DNA of 64,000 bases from an uncultured Chitinophagaceae bacterium (lineage in GTDB: Bacteria; Bacteroidota; Bacteroidia; Chitinophagales; LD1). The notes beneath the pieces are model-generated. The model was not told where the DNA came from. It worked only from the letters and a program-made list of their open reading frames with translations, and ran no database searches. A program made the position numbers and the translations under genes. This document shows positions 37,634 through 45,832 of the stretch, in pieces (the stretch's first letter is position 1; every line of letters starts with the position of its first letter). Location: contig CAZIBY010000008.1 in assembly GCA_964537475.1 (NCBI GenBank), forward strand, positions 4,200-68,199. The letters are read 5' to 3'.

Positions 37634-40255
37634 CTACTCCAGCATCTTCTTCAATTCATGTAGCTTCATCAGCGCCTCTATCGGTGTCAGCGCGTTGATC
37701 TCCAGCTTCTCTATCTGAGCTGCTACACCTTTCAGCTTCGGGTCCGTCATGTCAAACATGCTCATCTGCATCGTCTTGGCCTGCATGCCTTTCATCGTGT
37801 CTTTGATATCAGACTGCACGCGCTTAGACTCCAGCTCTGCCAGTATCTCATTGGCGCGGTCTACTATCAGGCGCGGCATACCTGCCATCTTCGCCACGTG
37901 TATACCAAAGCTGTGCTCTGAGCCACCCGGCACCAACTTGCGGAGGAAGATCACCTTATTGCCCACTTCCTTGGTCGAGACGTGGTAGTTCTTGATGCGC
38001 TCATATTTATCTGCCAGCTCATTCAGCTCATGATAGTGCGTGGCAAAGAGCGTACGCGGATGCGCGCGCGGATAGTTGTGCAGGAACTCCGCCAGCGACC
38101 AGGCTATCGAGATACCATCATAGGTAGAGGTGCCGCGTCCTATCTCATCCAGCAGGATCAAGCTGCGCGCCGTCAGGTTATTCATGATACCTGCCGTCTC
38201 ATTCATCTCCACCATAAAGGTAGACTCACCCGCGCTCAGGTTGTCGCTCGCGCCCACTCGGGTAAATATCTTATCTACATAGCCTATTGTAGCTACCGAT
38301 GCCGGCACATAGCTGCCTACCTGCGCCATCAGCACGATGAGCGCCGTCTGTCGCAGCAGTGCAGATTTACCGCTCATATTCGGACCGGTGATCATCAGGA
38401 TCTGCTGCTGCGTGTCATCGAGGTAGACATCATTCGGCACATACTTATCGCTTACATCCAGTTGCTTCTCTATCACCGGGTGGCGGCCATCTTTGATGTA
38501 GATCGTGTGGCTGTCATTCACCTCCGGCTTGGTGTAGCCATTCAGCACTGCCACCTCTGCCATAGAGAGCGTGCAGTCTACCTGCGCCGCCGCCTGCGCA
38601 TTCTGCTGTATCGTCACAGTGAACTCCTTCACATACCGCACCAGCTCGGCAAAGAGCCGCTCCTCCAGCGCCTGGATCTTCTCCTCGGCACCCAGTACTT
38701 TGTGCTCATATTCTTTCAGCTCCTCTGTGATATAGCGCTCACAGTTCGCCAGCGTCTGCTTGCGTATCCAGTCTGTCGGCACTTTGCTCTTATGCGTATT
38801 GGTCACTTCTAGGTAGTAGCCGAAGACATTATTAAAGCCCACCTTCAGCGAGGTGATGCCAGTACGCAGCATCTCTGCCTCCTGTATCTTAAGGATGTAT
38901 TCTTTGCCCGAATGCTTGATCAGGCGCAGTTCATCGAGGTCTTTGTCCACGCCTTCATTGATGAAGTCGCCCTTAGAGATCACCGGCCCGGCATCATCCC
39001 GCAGCACATGCGCGATGCGCGATGTCAGGTGGGGGAGGAGCGCTATCCTGTCTGATAGTTTCGTCAGGCTGTCGTGGCCCGATCTGCTGAGCGATTCCTT
39101 CACCGGTTCCAGTGCCAGCAGGCCGCGCTTGAGTTGTGATATCTCGCGCGGGTTGGCTTTGTCCAGCGCCACTTTGGAGATCAGGCGCTCCATATCGCCC
39201 ATCAGGCGGAGGTGCTTGCGCAGTTCGTCACCGGCGCTGTTGCTTTTCACGTAATATTCCACGGCATCCAGCCGCTCCTGTATCGCGCCCAGGTCTATGA
39301 GCGGCATCACGATCCAGCGCTTCAGCAGGCGCGCACCCATGGGGCTCACCGTGCAGTCCAGCACATCCAGCAGCGTGCGGCCACCCTGATGCGGACTGTA
39401 GACCAGCTCCAGGTTGCGGATGGTAAAGCGGTCCAGCCAGACATAGCTCGTCTCATTGATCCGCGTCAGGCGCGAGATGTGAGAGAGGTTGTGGTGCTCT
39501 GTATCCTTCAGGTACTGTACTGCCGCACCGGCGGCGATGATCGCCGTTTCTTCATTCTCTATGCCAAAGCCCTTCAGCGAGTTGGTCTCAAATAGTTTCA
39601 GCAGCGTGTCATACGCATGCTCTTTGGTATATACCCAGTCCTCCATCCGCGCCGCCGGTATGCGGGTGCCAAAGCGCTCCGTAAACTCCCGCTGCCGCGC
39701 GCGCGGGTACAGTATCTCAGACGGCGCGAGGCCCTGTATGATCTTGTCTATATAGGCCAGTGTACCCTCCGCTATCAGAAACTCCCCCGTAGAAATATCT
39801 ACAAACGCCGCCCCGTACACATCCTTGTCAAAAAACACCGACGCGAGGAAGTTATTCGCTTTTGTATTCAGGATATTATCGCCCGTCACCACGCCCGGCG
39901 TCACCATCTCGGTCACTCCGCGCTTTACGATGCCCTTGGCGGCTTTCGGGTCCTCCAGCTGATCGCACACCGCCACCTTGTAGCCGGCCCTGACCAACTT
40001 CGGCAGGTACGTATCCAGCGAGTGGTGCGGGAAACCCGCCAGCTCCACCTCCGTGGCCTTGCCATTGGCGCGCTTCGTCAGCGTAATGCCCAGCACACCC
40101 GCCGTCGTCACCGCATCCCGAGAGAAGGTCTCATAAAAGTCCCCCACGCGGAAAAGCAGGATCGCATCCGGGTACTTCGCCTTGAAGGTGTTGTACTGCT
40201 TCATCATCGGTGTCTCCACCTCCGAGCCATCATTTTTGATGAGTGTTTTGGCCAT
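37634..40255 (-). CDS. mutS: DNA mismatch repair protein MutS
   Basis: N-terminus TPMMKQYNTFKAKYPDAILLFRVGDFYE, Walker A GPNMSGKS, and STF..E motifs. 873 aa. Confidence 0.97.
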   Translation of the reverse strand: MAKTLIKNDGSEVETPMMKQYNTFKAKYPDAILLFRVGDFYETFSRDAVTTAGVLGITLTKRANGKATEVELAGFPHHSLDTYLPKLVRAGYKVAVCDQLEDPKAAKGIVKRGVTEMVTPGVVTGDNILNTKANNFLASVFFDKDVYGAAFVDISTGEFLIAEGTLAYIDKIIQGLAPSEILYPRARQREFTERFGTRIPAARMEDWVYTKEHAYDTLLKLFETNSLKGFGIENEETAIIAAGAAVQYLKDTEHHNLSHISRLTRINETSYVWLDRFTIRNLELVYSPHQGGRTLLDVLDCTVSPMGARLLKRWIVMPLIDLGAIQERLDAVEYYVKSNSAGDELRKHLRLMGDMERLISKVALDKANPREISQLKRGLLALEPVKESLSRSGHDSLTKLSDRIALLPHLTSRIAHVLRDDAGPVISKGDFINEGVDKDLDELRLIKHSGKEYILKIQEAEMLRTGITSLKVGFNNVFGYYLEVTNTHKSKVPTDWIRKQTLANCERYITEELKEYEHKVLGAEEKIQALEERLFAELVRYVKEFTVTIQQNAQAAAQVDCTLSMAEVAVLNGYTKPEVNDSHTIYIKDGRHPVIEKQLDVSDKYVPNDVYLDDTQQQILMITGPNMSGKSALLRQTALIVLMAQVGSYVPASVATIGYVDKIFTRVGASDNLSAGESTFMVEMNETAGIMNNLTARSLILLDEIGRGTSTYDGISIAWSLAEFLHNYPRAHPRTLFATHYHELNELADKYERIKNYHVSTKEVGNKVIFLRKLVPGGSEHSFGIHVAKMAGMPRLIVDRANEILAELESKRVQSDIKDTMKGMQAKTMQMSMFDMTDPKLKGVAAQIEKLEINALTPIEALMKLHELKKMLE

Positions 40256-40322
40256 GTCTTAGGAGGCCGAACATACGCTATTCTAAGGGAAGGATATTAA
40301 CATGAATTGCACAGAGCCGAAT

Positions 40323-40778
40323 TCATTTTAAAAGTATCAGTTGGACATGGTAGCTGTCTAGTTCATTATAGTAATATCTTAAAGGCAATGTGTCGTTAAA
40401 AGTTACATTAAGGCGGTGAGTGATTCGGTTGAGATGACTCGGGCCGTTAAAAACATATTCATTTATTATGTATTGGAGCATATCCTCTTTTGTGATTGGA
40501 TTTATAGTGCATACCGTATCCCGGTAAGCCGCAAACTCTAATGTGGCAGAAGTGTCAGAAAAACCGAATCGTATGGGATGCCCATCCTGATAACAGTCTG
40601 GATCATCTACTGCTGTCAGATTAAGTGTGTCAATTTTGCGTAGATCAGGATTGTCAGGAAAACAAATTGTAGTCTGCCATGGAAATCGGATCAGCGCTGC
40701 CGGTTTAGAATGGCATCCTCCCAAAAGTATCGAACTAATCAGGTAGATAGGCAAAAGGAAAAAATGAACATACTTCAT
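40323..40778 (-). CDS. lipoprotein, hypothetical
   Basis: MKYVHFFLLPIYLISSILLGGC, a lipobox. No recognisable domain. Confidence 0.45.
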   Translation of the reverse strand: MKYVHFFLLPIYLISSILLGGCHSKPAALIRFPWQTTICFPDNPDLRKIDTLNLTAVDDPDCYQDGHPIRFGFSDTSATLEFAAYRDTVCTINPITKEDMLQYIINEYVFNGPSHLNRITHRLNVTFNDTLPLRYYYNELDSYHVQLILLK

Positions 40779-40854
40779 TGGCTGTTTTACTTATAATTCA
40801 AAATAGGACCAGAAAGTCACAGATTTTTGGATTTTAAATCGCTTTATTATTCTT

Positions 40855-40893
40855 TGCATTGTCTAATATCTAAAGTCTATCGTCTAACGTCTC
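40855..40893 (+). repeat. TGCATTGTCTAA-headed heptad array (5 x nnnTCTM) directly upstream of the trmH-like start
   Basis: ttgtcta atatcta aagtcta tcgtcta acgtctc. It has the same head and unit as the arrays at 35849-35887 and 43136/43189-43223. Confidence 0.75.
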
Positions 40894-40898
40894 GCTCC

Positions 40899-41444
40899 AT
40901 GCGCAAACTCCAAAACTCAGAGCTCACCCGCCTCACCCCTGAGCAGTTCAAAGCTAATGAGAAGCTACCCGTCATCATCGTGCTGGACAATGTCCGCTCG
41001 CACCTGAATGTCGGCTCTGTCTTCCGCTCTGCAGATGCCTTTCTCATAGAGGCCATCTACCTCTGCGGCATCACCGGCACACCCCCGCACCGCGACATTC
41101 ACAAGGCCGCCCTCGGCGCCACAGAGACTGTAGAGTGGAAATACTTTGACACCACCGCAGCAGCCATAGACAAACTCAAAACCAAAGGCTATCAAATTGC
41201 CTCCATAGAGCAAGCCGAAAACGCCACCATGCTCCACGATCTGAACTACGCAGGAGAAAAACTAGCCTTAGTATTCGGCAACGAAGTAGACGGCGTAGAC
41301 CAGCAGATCGTCACCGCCTCTGATAAAGTAATAGAGATACCACAATACGGCACCAAGCATTCACTCAATATCTCAGTATCGGTAGGGATTGTTTTGTGGG
41401 AGATCGCCAGGAATACAGGTATCACAGAGCGCACAAAGGTTTGA
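40899..41444 (+). CDS. TrmH/SpoU family RNA 2'-O-methyltransferase
   Basis: SpoU motifs VLDNVRSHLNVGSVFRSADAF, LVFGNEVDGV and IPQYGTKHSLNISVSVGIVLWE. The Met at 40899 is preferred over the track start. Confidence 0.85.
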   Translation: MRKLQNSELTRLTPEQFKANEKLPVIIVLDNVRSHLNVGSVFRSADAFLIEAIYLCGITGTPPHRDIHKAALGATETVEWKYFDTTAAAIDKLKTKGYQIASIEQAENATMLHDLNYAGEKLALVFGNEVDGVDQQIVTASDKVIEIPQYGTKHSLNISVSVGIVLWEIARNTGITERTKV

Positions 41445-41492
41445 GTAAAACAGCCAATTTGAGAACACAAAGCAACTACGTTACTTCTCCAT

Positions 41493-41665
41493 GACCTCAA
41501 ACAATCAGCTTTATGAGTTAGAAAATCTCTATGAACTCTGTGTAGTAAGGCTGTTGAGTTTGTATTCCTCCGTGATCTCAAACAATCAGCTCTATGAGTA
41601 ATAAAACCTCTGTGTCCTCTGTGATAAAGGCCGTTCAAACTCTGAGCCTCTGTGTAGTAAACCTC
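41493..41665. repeat. tandem repeat of about 81 bp (2 full copies plus a partial third) in a convergent spacer
   Basis: Copy A starts at 41493 and copy B at 41574. They share ctcaaacaatcagct.tatgagt...ctct.tg...ctctgtg and are about three-quarters identical by eye. CCTCTGTG 8-mers occur at 41607 and 41616 (9 nt apart) and again at 41647. Confidence 0.75.
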
Positions 41666-42262
41666 CTACAAACGAACGACCACCTCCGCCCCCTCATACT
41701 CATACTCCTCATTAGAGCAGATGATCACGATGCGCTGCTGTGGATCATTCTTCACCAGCGTATTTGTCCAGTCGCGCCAGTGATGGTCCATATTCGCAGT
41801 AGGCTCATCGAGCAGCAGGATGTCGCTCTGCGTGTAGTAGGCCAGCGCCATTTTCACACGCTGCTTCATACCTGAGGAGCAGTCGCGTATTTCTTTCGTA
41901 GCGGGTATATCTATTGCTTTGAGCAGATCAGCCGCAGTGATGCCATGCAGCGACCGCATCTGCTGGTGAAAGGCCACCATCTCAGCCACGGTCAGCTCCT
42001 CCGGCAGGTCCAGGTAGGGCGCACTATAGCTGATGTGTTTGTATATCTCATCGGCAGGGATCGTACCGCCATTGTGCGTATAGGTCACCTTGCCCTCATT
42101 GGGCGTTACCATGCCGGAGATCACTTTTAGCAGCGTGCTTTTGCCGGAGCCATTAGCTCCGGTGATCGCATACCTGCCGCCGGGCTCAAAGATGGCCGAC
42201 ACGCCGCGGTAGATCCACTGGCTGCCGTACTTCTTGGAGACCTTGTCCAGCTCAATCCTCAT
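41666..42262 (-). CDS. ABC transporter ATP-binding protein (short, 198 aa)
   Basis: Walker A GANGSGKST, signature-like SSGMKQR, Walker B ILLLDEP. It overlaps lpxA by 11 nt. Confidence 0.8.
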   Translation of the reverse strand: MRIELDKVSKKYGSQWIYRGVSAIFEPGGRYAITGANGSGKSTLLKVISGMVTPNEGKVTYTHNGGTIPADEIYKHISYSAPYLDLPEELTVAEMVAFHQQMRSLHGITAADLLKAIDIPATKEIRDCSSGMKQRVKMALAYYTQSDILLLDEPTANMDHHWRDWTNTLVKNDPQQRIVIICSNEEYEYEGAEVVVRL

Positions 42263-43043
42263 ACTTACTGTTGAAGCCCTTCATGATGCCGCGCACAGAC
42301 TCACGGATAAAGGTCACGATCTCATCGCGCTCCGGGCTATCCGGTATCTCCGTCTCCACGAGCTTGAGCGCATTGGATACGTTCAGCCCGCGCACGTATA
42401 TGATACGGTAGATGTCCAGTATATGGTTGATCTGCTCCGTGCTGAAACCACGGCGACGTAGACCTATAGAGTTGACACCTGCATACGAGGACGGGTGCCT
42501 CGCCGCACGCACGAATGGAGGGATGTCCTTATTCACCAGGCTGCCACCGGAGAGGATCGCATGCCTGCCTATCTTTACAAATTGCTGGATATTACAAGCG
42601 CCACCCAGTATCGCGAAGTCTTCTATTTGTATATGCCCGGCCAGGTTGGTATTATTGGCCAGGATGCAGTTATTGCCTATCAGGCAGTCATGAGCCACGT
42701 GTACGTAGGCCATCAGCATCGAGTTATTGCCCACCTTGGTGGTCATAGAGTACTCGGTACCCTTATTGACAGTCACAAACTCGCGGATGATCACATTGTC
42801 GCCTATCTCTACCAGAGATTGCTCGCCTTTATACTTCAGGTCTTGCGGCACGGCAGAGATCACCGCGCCGGGGTATATCTTGCAGTTCTTGCCTATCCGC
42901 GCGCCCTCCATGATGGTCACGTGCGGCCCTATCCACGTTCCCGCACCTATCTCTACATCCTTGCTGATACTCACAAAGGGTTCTATCACCACATTGTCGG
43001 CTACCTTGGCACTCGGGTGTATATAGGAGAAGGGTTGATTCAT
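42252..43043 (-). CDS. lpxA: acyl-ACP--UDP-N-acetylglucosamine O-acyltransferase
   Basis: Left-handed beta-helix hexapeptide repeats, IHPSAKV start, C-terminal helical domain. 263 aa. Confidence 0.92.
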   Translation of the reverse strand: MNQPFSYIHPSAKVADNVVIEPFVSISKDVEIGAGTWIGPHVTIMEGARIGKNCKIYPGAVISAVPQDLKYKGEQSLVEIGDNVIIREFVTVNKGTEYSMTTKVGNNSMLMAYVHVAHDCLIGNNCILANNTNLAGHIQIEDFAILGGACNIQQFVKIGRHAILSGGSLVNKDIPPFVRAARHPSSYAGVNSIGLRRRGFSTEQINHILDIYRIIYVRGLNVSNALKLVETEIPDSPERDEIVTFIRESVRGIMKGFNSKYED

Positions 43044-43050
43044 GGAGTTT

Positions 43051-43223
43051 CGGATGTCGGATTTTGATTTCGGATAAACGGGTGTTGGATCCTTTTATTT
43101 CAGTGCTTGATTTTTATTTCTTGATTCTTGGTTCTTGCATTGTCTCACTACTCATTCCGAAGCCTCGGGACGCACTACTCAATACCACAAGTCTCACGTC
43201 TCAAGTCTCTCATCTTACGTCTC
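43051..43223. repeat. lpxC-fabZ / lpxA spacer built from heptad stutters
   Basis: CGGA at 43051/58/71. TCTTG at 43119/26/33. Head TGCATTGTCTCA at 43136-43147. The array aagtctc acgtctc aagtctc tcatctt acgtctc spans 43189-43223. Confidence 0.75.
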
Positions 43224-44640
43224 ATTCGCTTTGCTTCGCCGCCAGCTTCTTCCTGTCTACTATCTGTGCCATCAGCTCGGCCTCGGCCACCAGCTTATTG
43301 CCTACATAGGCGCTGCCCTTCATCTCTACCAGCCCGCGGCGGATAGGAGAGAGGAGCTCCAGTTTGAAGATGATCGTATCTCCCGGCACTACCTTGTGCT
43401 TGAACTTTGCCTTGTCTATCTTCAGGAAATAAGTGTCGTAGTCCTCCGGATTAGTGACTTCCTGCAGCACGAGTATACCACCCGTCTGCGCCATCGCCTC
43501 TATCTGCAGCACACCCGGCATCACCGGGTTGCCCGGGAAGTGCCCGTTAAAGAATTCCTCATTGATCGTCACATTCTTTACACCCACCACGGTCTTCTTA
43601 TCCACGTGGATGATCTTATCGATCAGCAGGAATGGATACCTGTGCGGCAGCAGCTTCTTGATGCCCTCAGAGTCATACACCGGCGGTTTGCTCGGATCGT
43701 ACTCAGGGGAGTTGTCATGCTGGCGTGTCTTTTTGATAAAGGCCTTCAGCTTCTTGGCAAACTCTACGTTAGACTTATGGCCCGGACGTGTAGCGATGAT
43801 ATTCGCATTGACCGGCGTGCCCACGAGGCCCAGGTCACCCACTACATCCAGCAGTTTGTGGCGCGCAGGTTCATTAGCATGGCGCAGCTTTACATTATTC
43901 AGGATGCCTTCTTCCACTACTGTGATATCAGGCTTATTAAACATCTTTTGCAGCTTGGTCATCTGCGGCTCGCTCACCGGCTTGTCTACGATCACGATCG
44001 CGTTATTCACGTCACCACCCTTGATCAGGCCTGCGTCATACAGCATCTCCAGCTCATGCAGGAAGCAGAAAGTACGTGCCGATGCGATCTCCTTTTTGAA
44101 TTCACCCACCTTATTCAGCGAGGCGTGCTGCTGGCCCAGTACATCAGACTTGTAGTCTATCATGGTAGTGACGCGGTAGTGGTCACTCGGCATAGCCAGT
44201 ATCTCTACGCCATTTTCTTTGTCTACAAAGTTCATCGTGGTACGCAGCTCAAACACATCTCTATGCTCCGACTGCTCCTGTATACCGTTCTTCTCCAGCG
44301 CCTCTATGAAGGGCTCCGAGCTGCCATCCAGTATCGGTACCTCCATGCCATCCAGGCCTATCAGCACATTGTCTACCTGCAGGCCTACGAGGGCCGCCAT
44401 CAGGTGCTCCACCGTGGCTACTTTCACACCGTTTTTCTCCAGCGTAGTGCCGCGATCTACAGAGGTCACCAGGTCGCAGTCAGCAGGGATGATCGGCTGG
44501 TCGGGCAGGTCCGTCCTCTGAAACTTTACGCCATGATTGGCCGGAGCAGGATGAAAGGTCAGCGTGACATGCTGGCCGGTATGCAGTCCTACACCACTCA
44601 TGGTGAACTCCTGCTTTATGGTTTGCTGAAATGAATTCAT
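43222..44640 (-). CDS. lpxC: bifunctional UDP-3-O-acyl-GlcNAc deacetylase / 3-hydroxyacyl-ACP dehydratase
   Basis: LpxC N-terminus (QQTIKQEFTMSGVGLHTG...) fused to a FabZ C-terminus (FNGHFPGNPVMPGVLQIEAMAQ). This fusion is typical of Bacteroidota. Confidence 0.95.
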   Translation of the reverse strand: MNSFQQTIKQEFTMSGVGLHTGQHVTLTFHPAPANHGVKFQRTDLPDQPIIPADCDLVTSVDRGTTLEKNGVKVATVEHLMAALVGLQVDNVLIGLDGMEVPILDGSSEPFIEALEKNGIQEQSEHRDVFELRTTMNFVDKENGVEILAMPSDHYRVTTMIDYKSDVLGQQHASLNKVGEFKKEIASARTFCFLHELEMLYDAGLIKGGDVNNAIVIVDKPVSEPQMTKLQKMFNKPDITVVEEGILNNVKLRHANEPARHKLLDVVGDLGLVGTPVNANIIATRPGHKSNVEFAKKLKAFIKKTRQHDNSPEYDPSKPPVYDSEGIKKLLPHRYPFLLIDKIIHVDKKTVVGVKNVTINEEFFNGHFPGNPVMPGVLQIEAMAQTGGILVLQEVTNPEDYDTYFLKIDKAKFKHKVVPGDTIIFKLELLSPIRRGLVEMKGSAYVGNKLVAEAELMAQIVDRKKLAAKQSE

Positions 44641-44751
44641 TCACGATTTTTCAAAACTGACCAAAAGTATGATTTTTTTGGTATTGCGTCCTGTAAAGTT
44701 GAGCCCGCCACGTGGACTTGCAGAGTCTCGGCATTTGGCTATTTTGCGCAG

Positions 44752-45702
44752 GTGAAAATCACACTGCATCCCTACCGGCTCGAGTTCATCTTCCCCTTCC
44801 GCATCGCTCACGGCGTACGGACGCATACTGATGCCGTCTTTGTAGAGCTTGAGCTGGACGGTGTCATCGCCTTTGGCGAGGCTACTTTGCCGCCCTACCT
44901 GCCGTATTCGCAGCATTCTACTCTGGACTGCCTCCGGCAAATAGACTTTAGCCATTTGGACGCTAGCTTTACCACGGGTCAGGTGCTGACTACCCTGCCC
45001 ATGGCTATAGAGCCACCAGCTCTGGCCGCGCTCGATATGGCCCTCTGGACCCTGGAGGCGACGATCAAAGCCACCACCGTACCCGCGCTGCTCGGTATAG
45101 CAGGGGAGGACCACAGTATACGCACCTACACCATAGCTGTCTGTGACAGGGAGGAGATGAAAGATCGTCTCGCCTTTGGCAAAGAAAAGGGCTTCACAAC
45201 CTTCAAGCTAAAACTGAATGGCAAGGATGACGAGCGTATGGTCAGCGATTTCCGCTCTCTGAGTGATGCCTCTTTTGCAGTAGACGCCAATCAGGCATGG
45301 ACTACGATAGAACAAGCTGACCGGCTCACCAGGATGCTGACCGCTCAGGGCTGTATCCTGATCGAGCAGCCCTTTCATAAAAATGATATGGAGCTGACGC
45401 AAAAGCTTCGCTATAGCACTAGCCTCCCGATCATAGCTGACGAGGCTTGCCAGGGGATCTATGATATGGATCGGATAGCCGGAGTCTTTGATGGCATCAA
45501 TGTTAAGCTGCAGAAATGTGGCGGCCTCTGGGCTGCAAAGGAGCTGGCCGAAAAAGCAAAGACGCTGCAAATGAAACTGCTGATCGGCTGCATGTCAGAA
45601 TCCGCCATCGGCTGTGACGCTGCCGAGGTGCTCTCACCTCTCTGCCAGTGGAATGATCTGGACGGCCGCTATCTGGTCAAAGAGGTACCTTTTAAAAATT
45701 GA
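44752..45702 (+). CDS. dipeptide epimerase (enolase superfamily, L-Ala-D/L-Glu epimerase-like)
   Basis: FKLKLNG (KxK), VDANQAW, LIEQP, IIADEA and NVKLQKCGG catalytic and metal-ligand motifs. GTG start. Confidence 0.8.
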   Translation: MKITLHPYRLEFIFPFRIAHGVRTHTDAVFVELELDGVIAFGEATLPPYLPYSQHSTLDCLRQIDFSHLDASFTTGQVLTTLPMAIEPPALAALDMALWTLEATIKATTVPALLGIAGEDHSIRTYTIAVCDREEMKDRLAFGKEKGFTTFKLKLNGKDDERMVSDFRSLSDASFAVDANQAWTTIEQADRLTRMLTAQGCILIEQPFHKNDMELTQKLRYSTSLPIIADEACQGIYDMDRIAGVFDGINVKLQKCGGLWAAKELAEKAKTLQMKLLIGCMSESAIGCDAAEVLSPLCQWNDLDGRYLVKEVPFKN

Positions 45703-45832
45703 CGACTTATTTGCATTAAGCCCCAACGGGGCGGCACGCCACTGGCGTTGGGCACCGCCCAACGTGAGCTTTAAACCATTAACATTTTGGTTTTCAGGAT
45801 TTTCTTACTTTCCTATTCAAAACCAGATAGCC

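Noticed and set aside
37982-40300. Several long plus-strand ORFs (276, 133, 127, 88 and 227 aa) antisense to mutS.
   Set aside because: mutS on the minus strand is unambiguous (Walker A and the N-terminal mismatch-binding motif). The antisense products are Arg/Leu/His-rich with no motifs.
41246-41638. A 130-aa minus-strand ORF with HRGHRGFITHRADCLRS / HRVHRDFLTHKADCLRS repeats.
   Set aside because: The repeats are simply the translation of the 81-bp tandem DNA repeat. The 3' part of the ORF is antisense to the well-supported trmH-like gene.
43135-44634. A 499-aa open reading frame on the plus strand covering almost the entire lpxC-fabZ gene in antisense.
   Set aside because: Its composition is dominated by R/H/L/Y/Q/V runs with no recognisable motif. 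The minus-strand frame encodes an unmistakable LpxC-FabZ fusion. The long antisense frame is best explained by codon bias that avoids the reverse complements of stop codons. The nearby TGCATT head (43136) is noted separately only as a possible antisense transcription start.
44641-45114. A 157-aa minus-strand ORF where lpxD might be expected upstream of lpxC-fabZ.
   Set aside because: It shows no hexapeptide-repeat pattern. It is antisense to a well-supported enolase-superfamily epimerase. lpxD is simply not adjacent in this genome segment.
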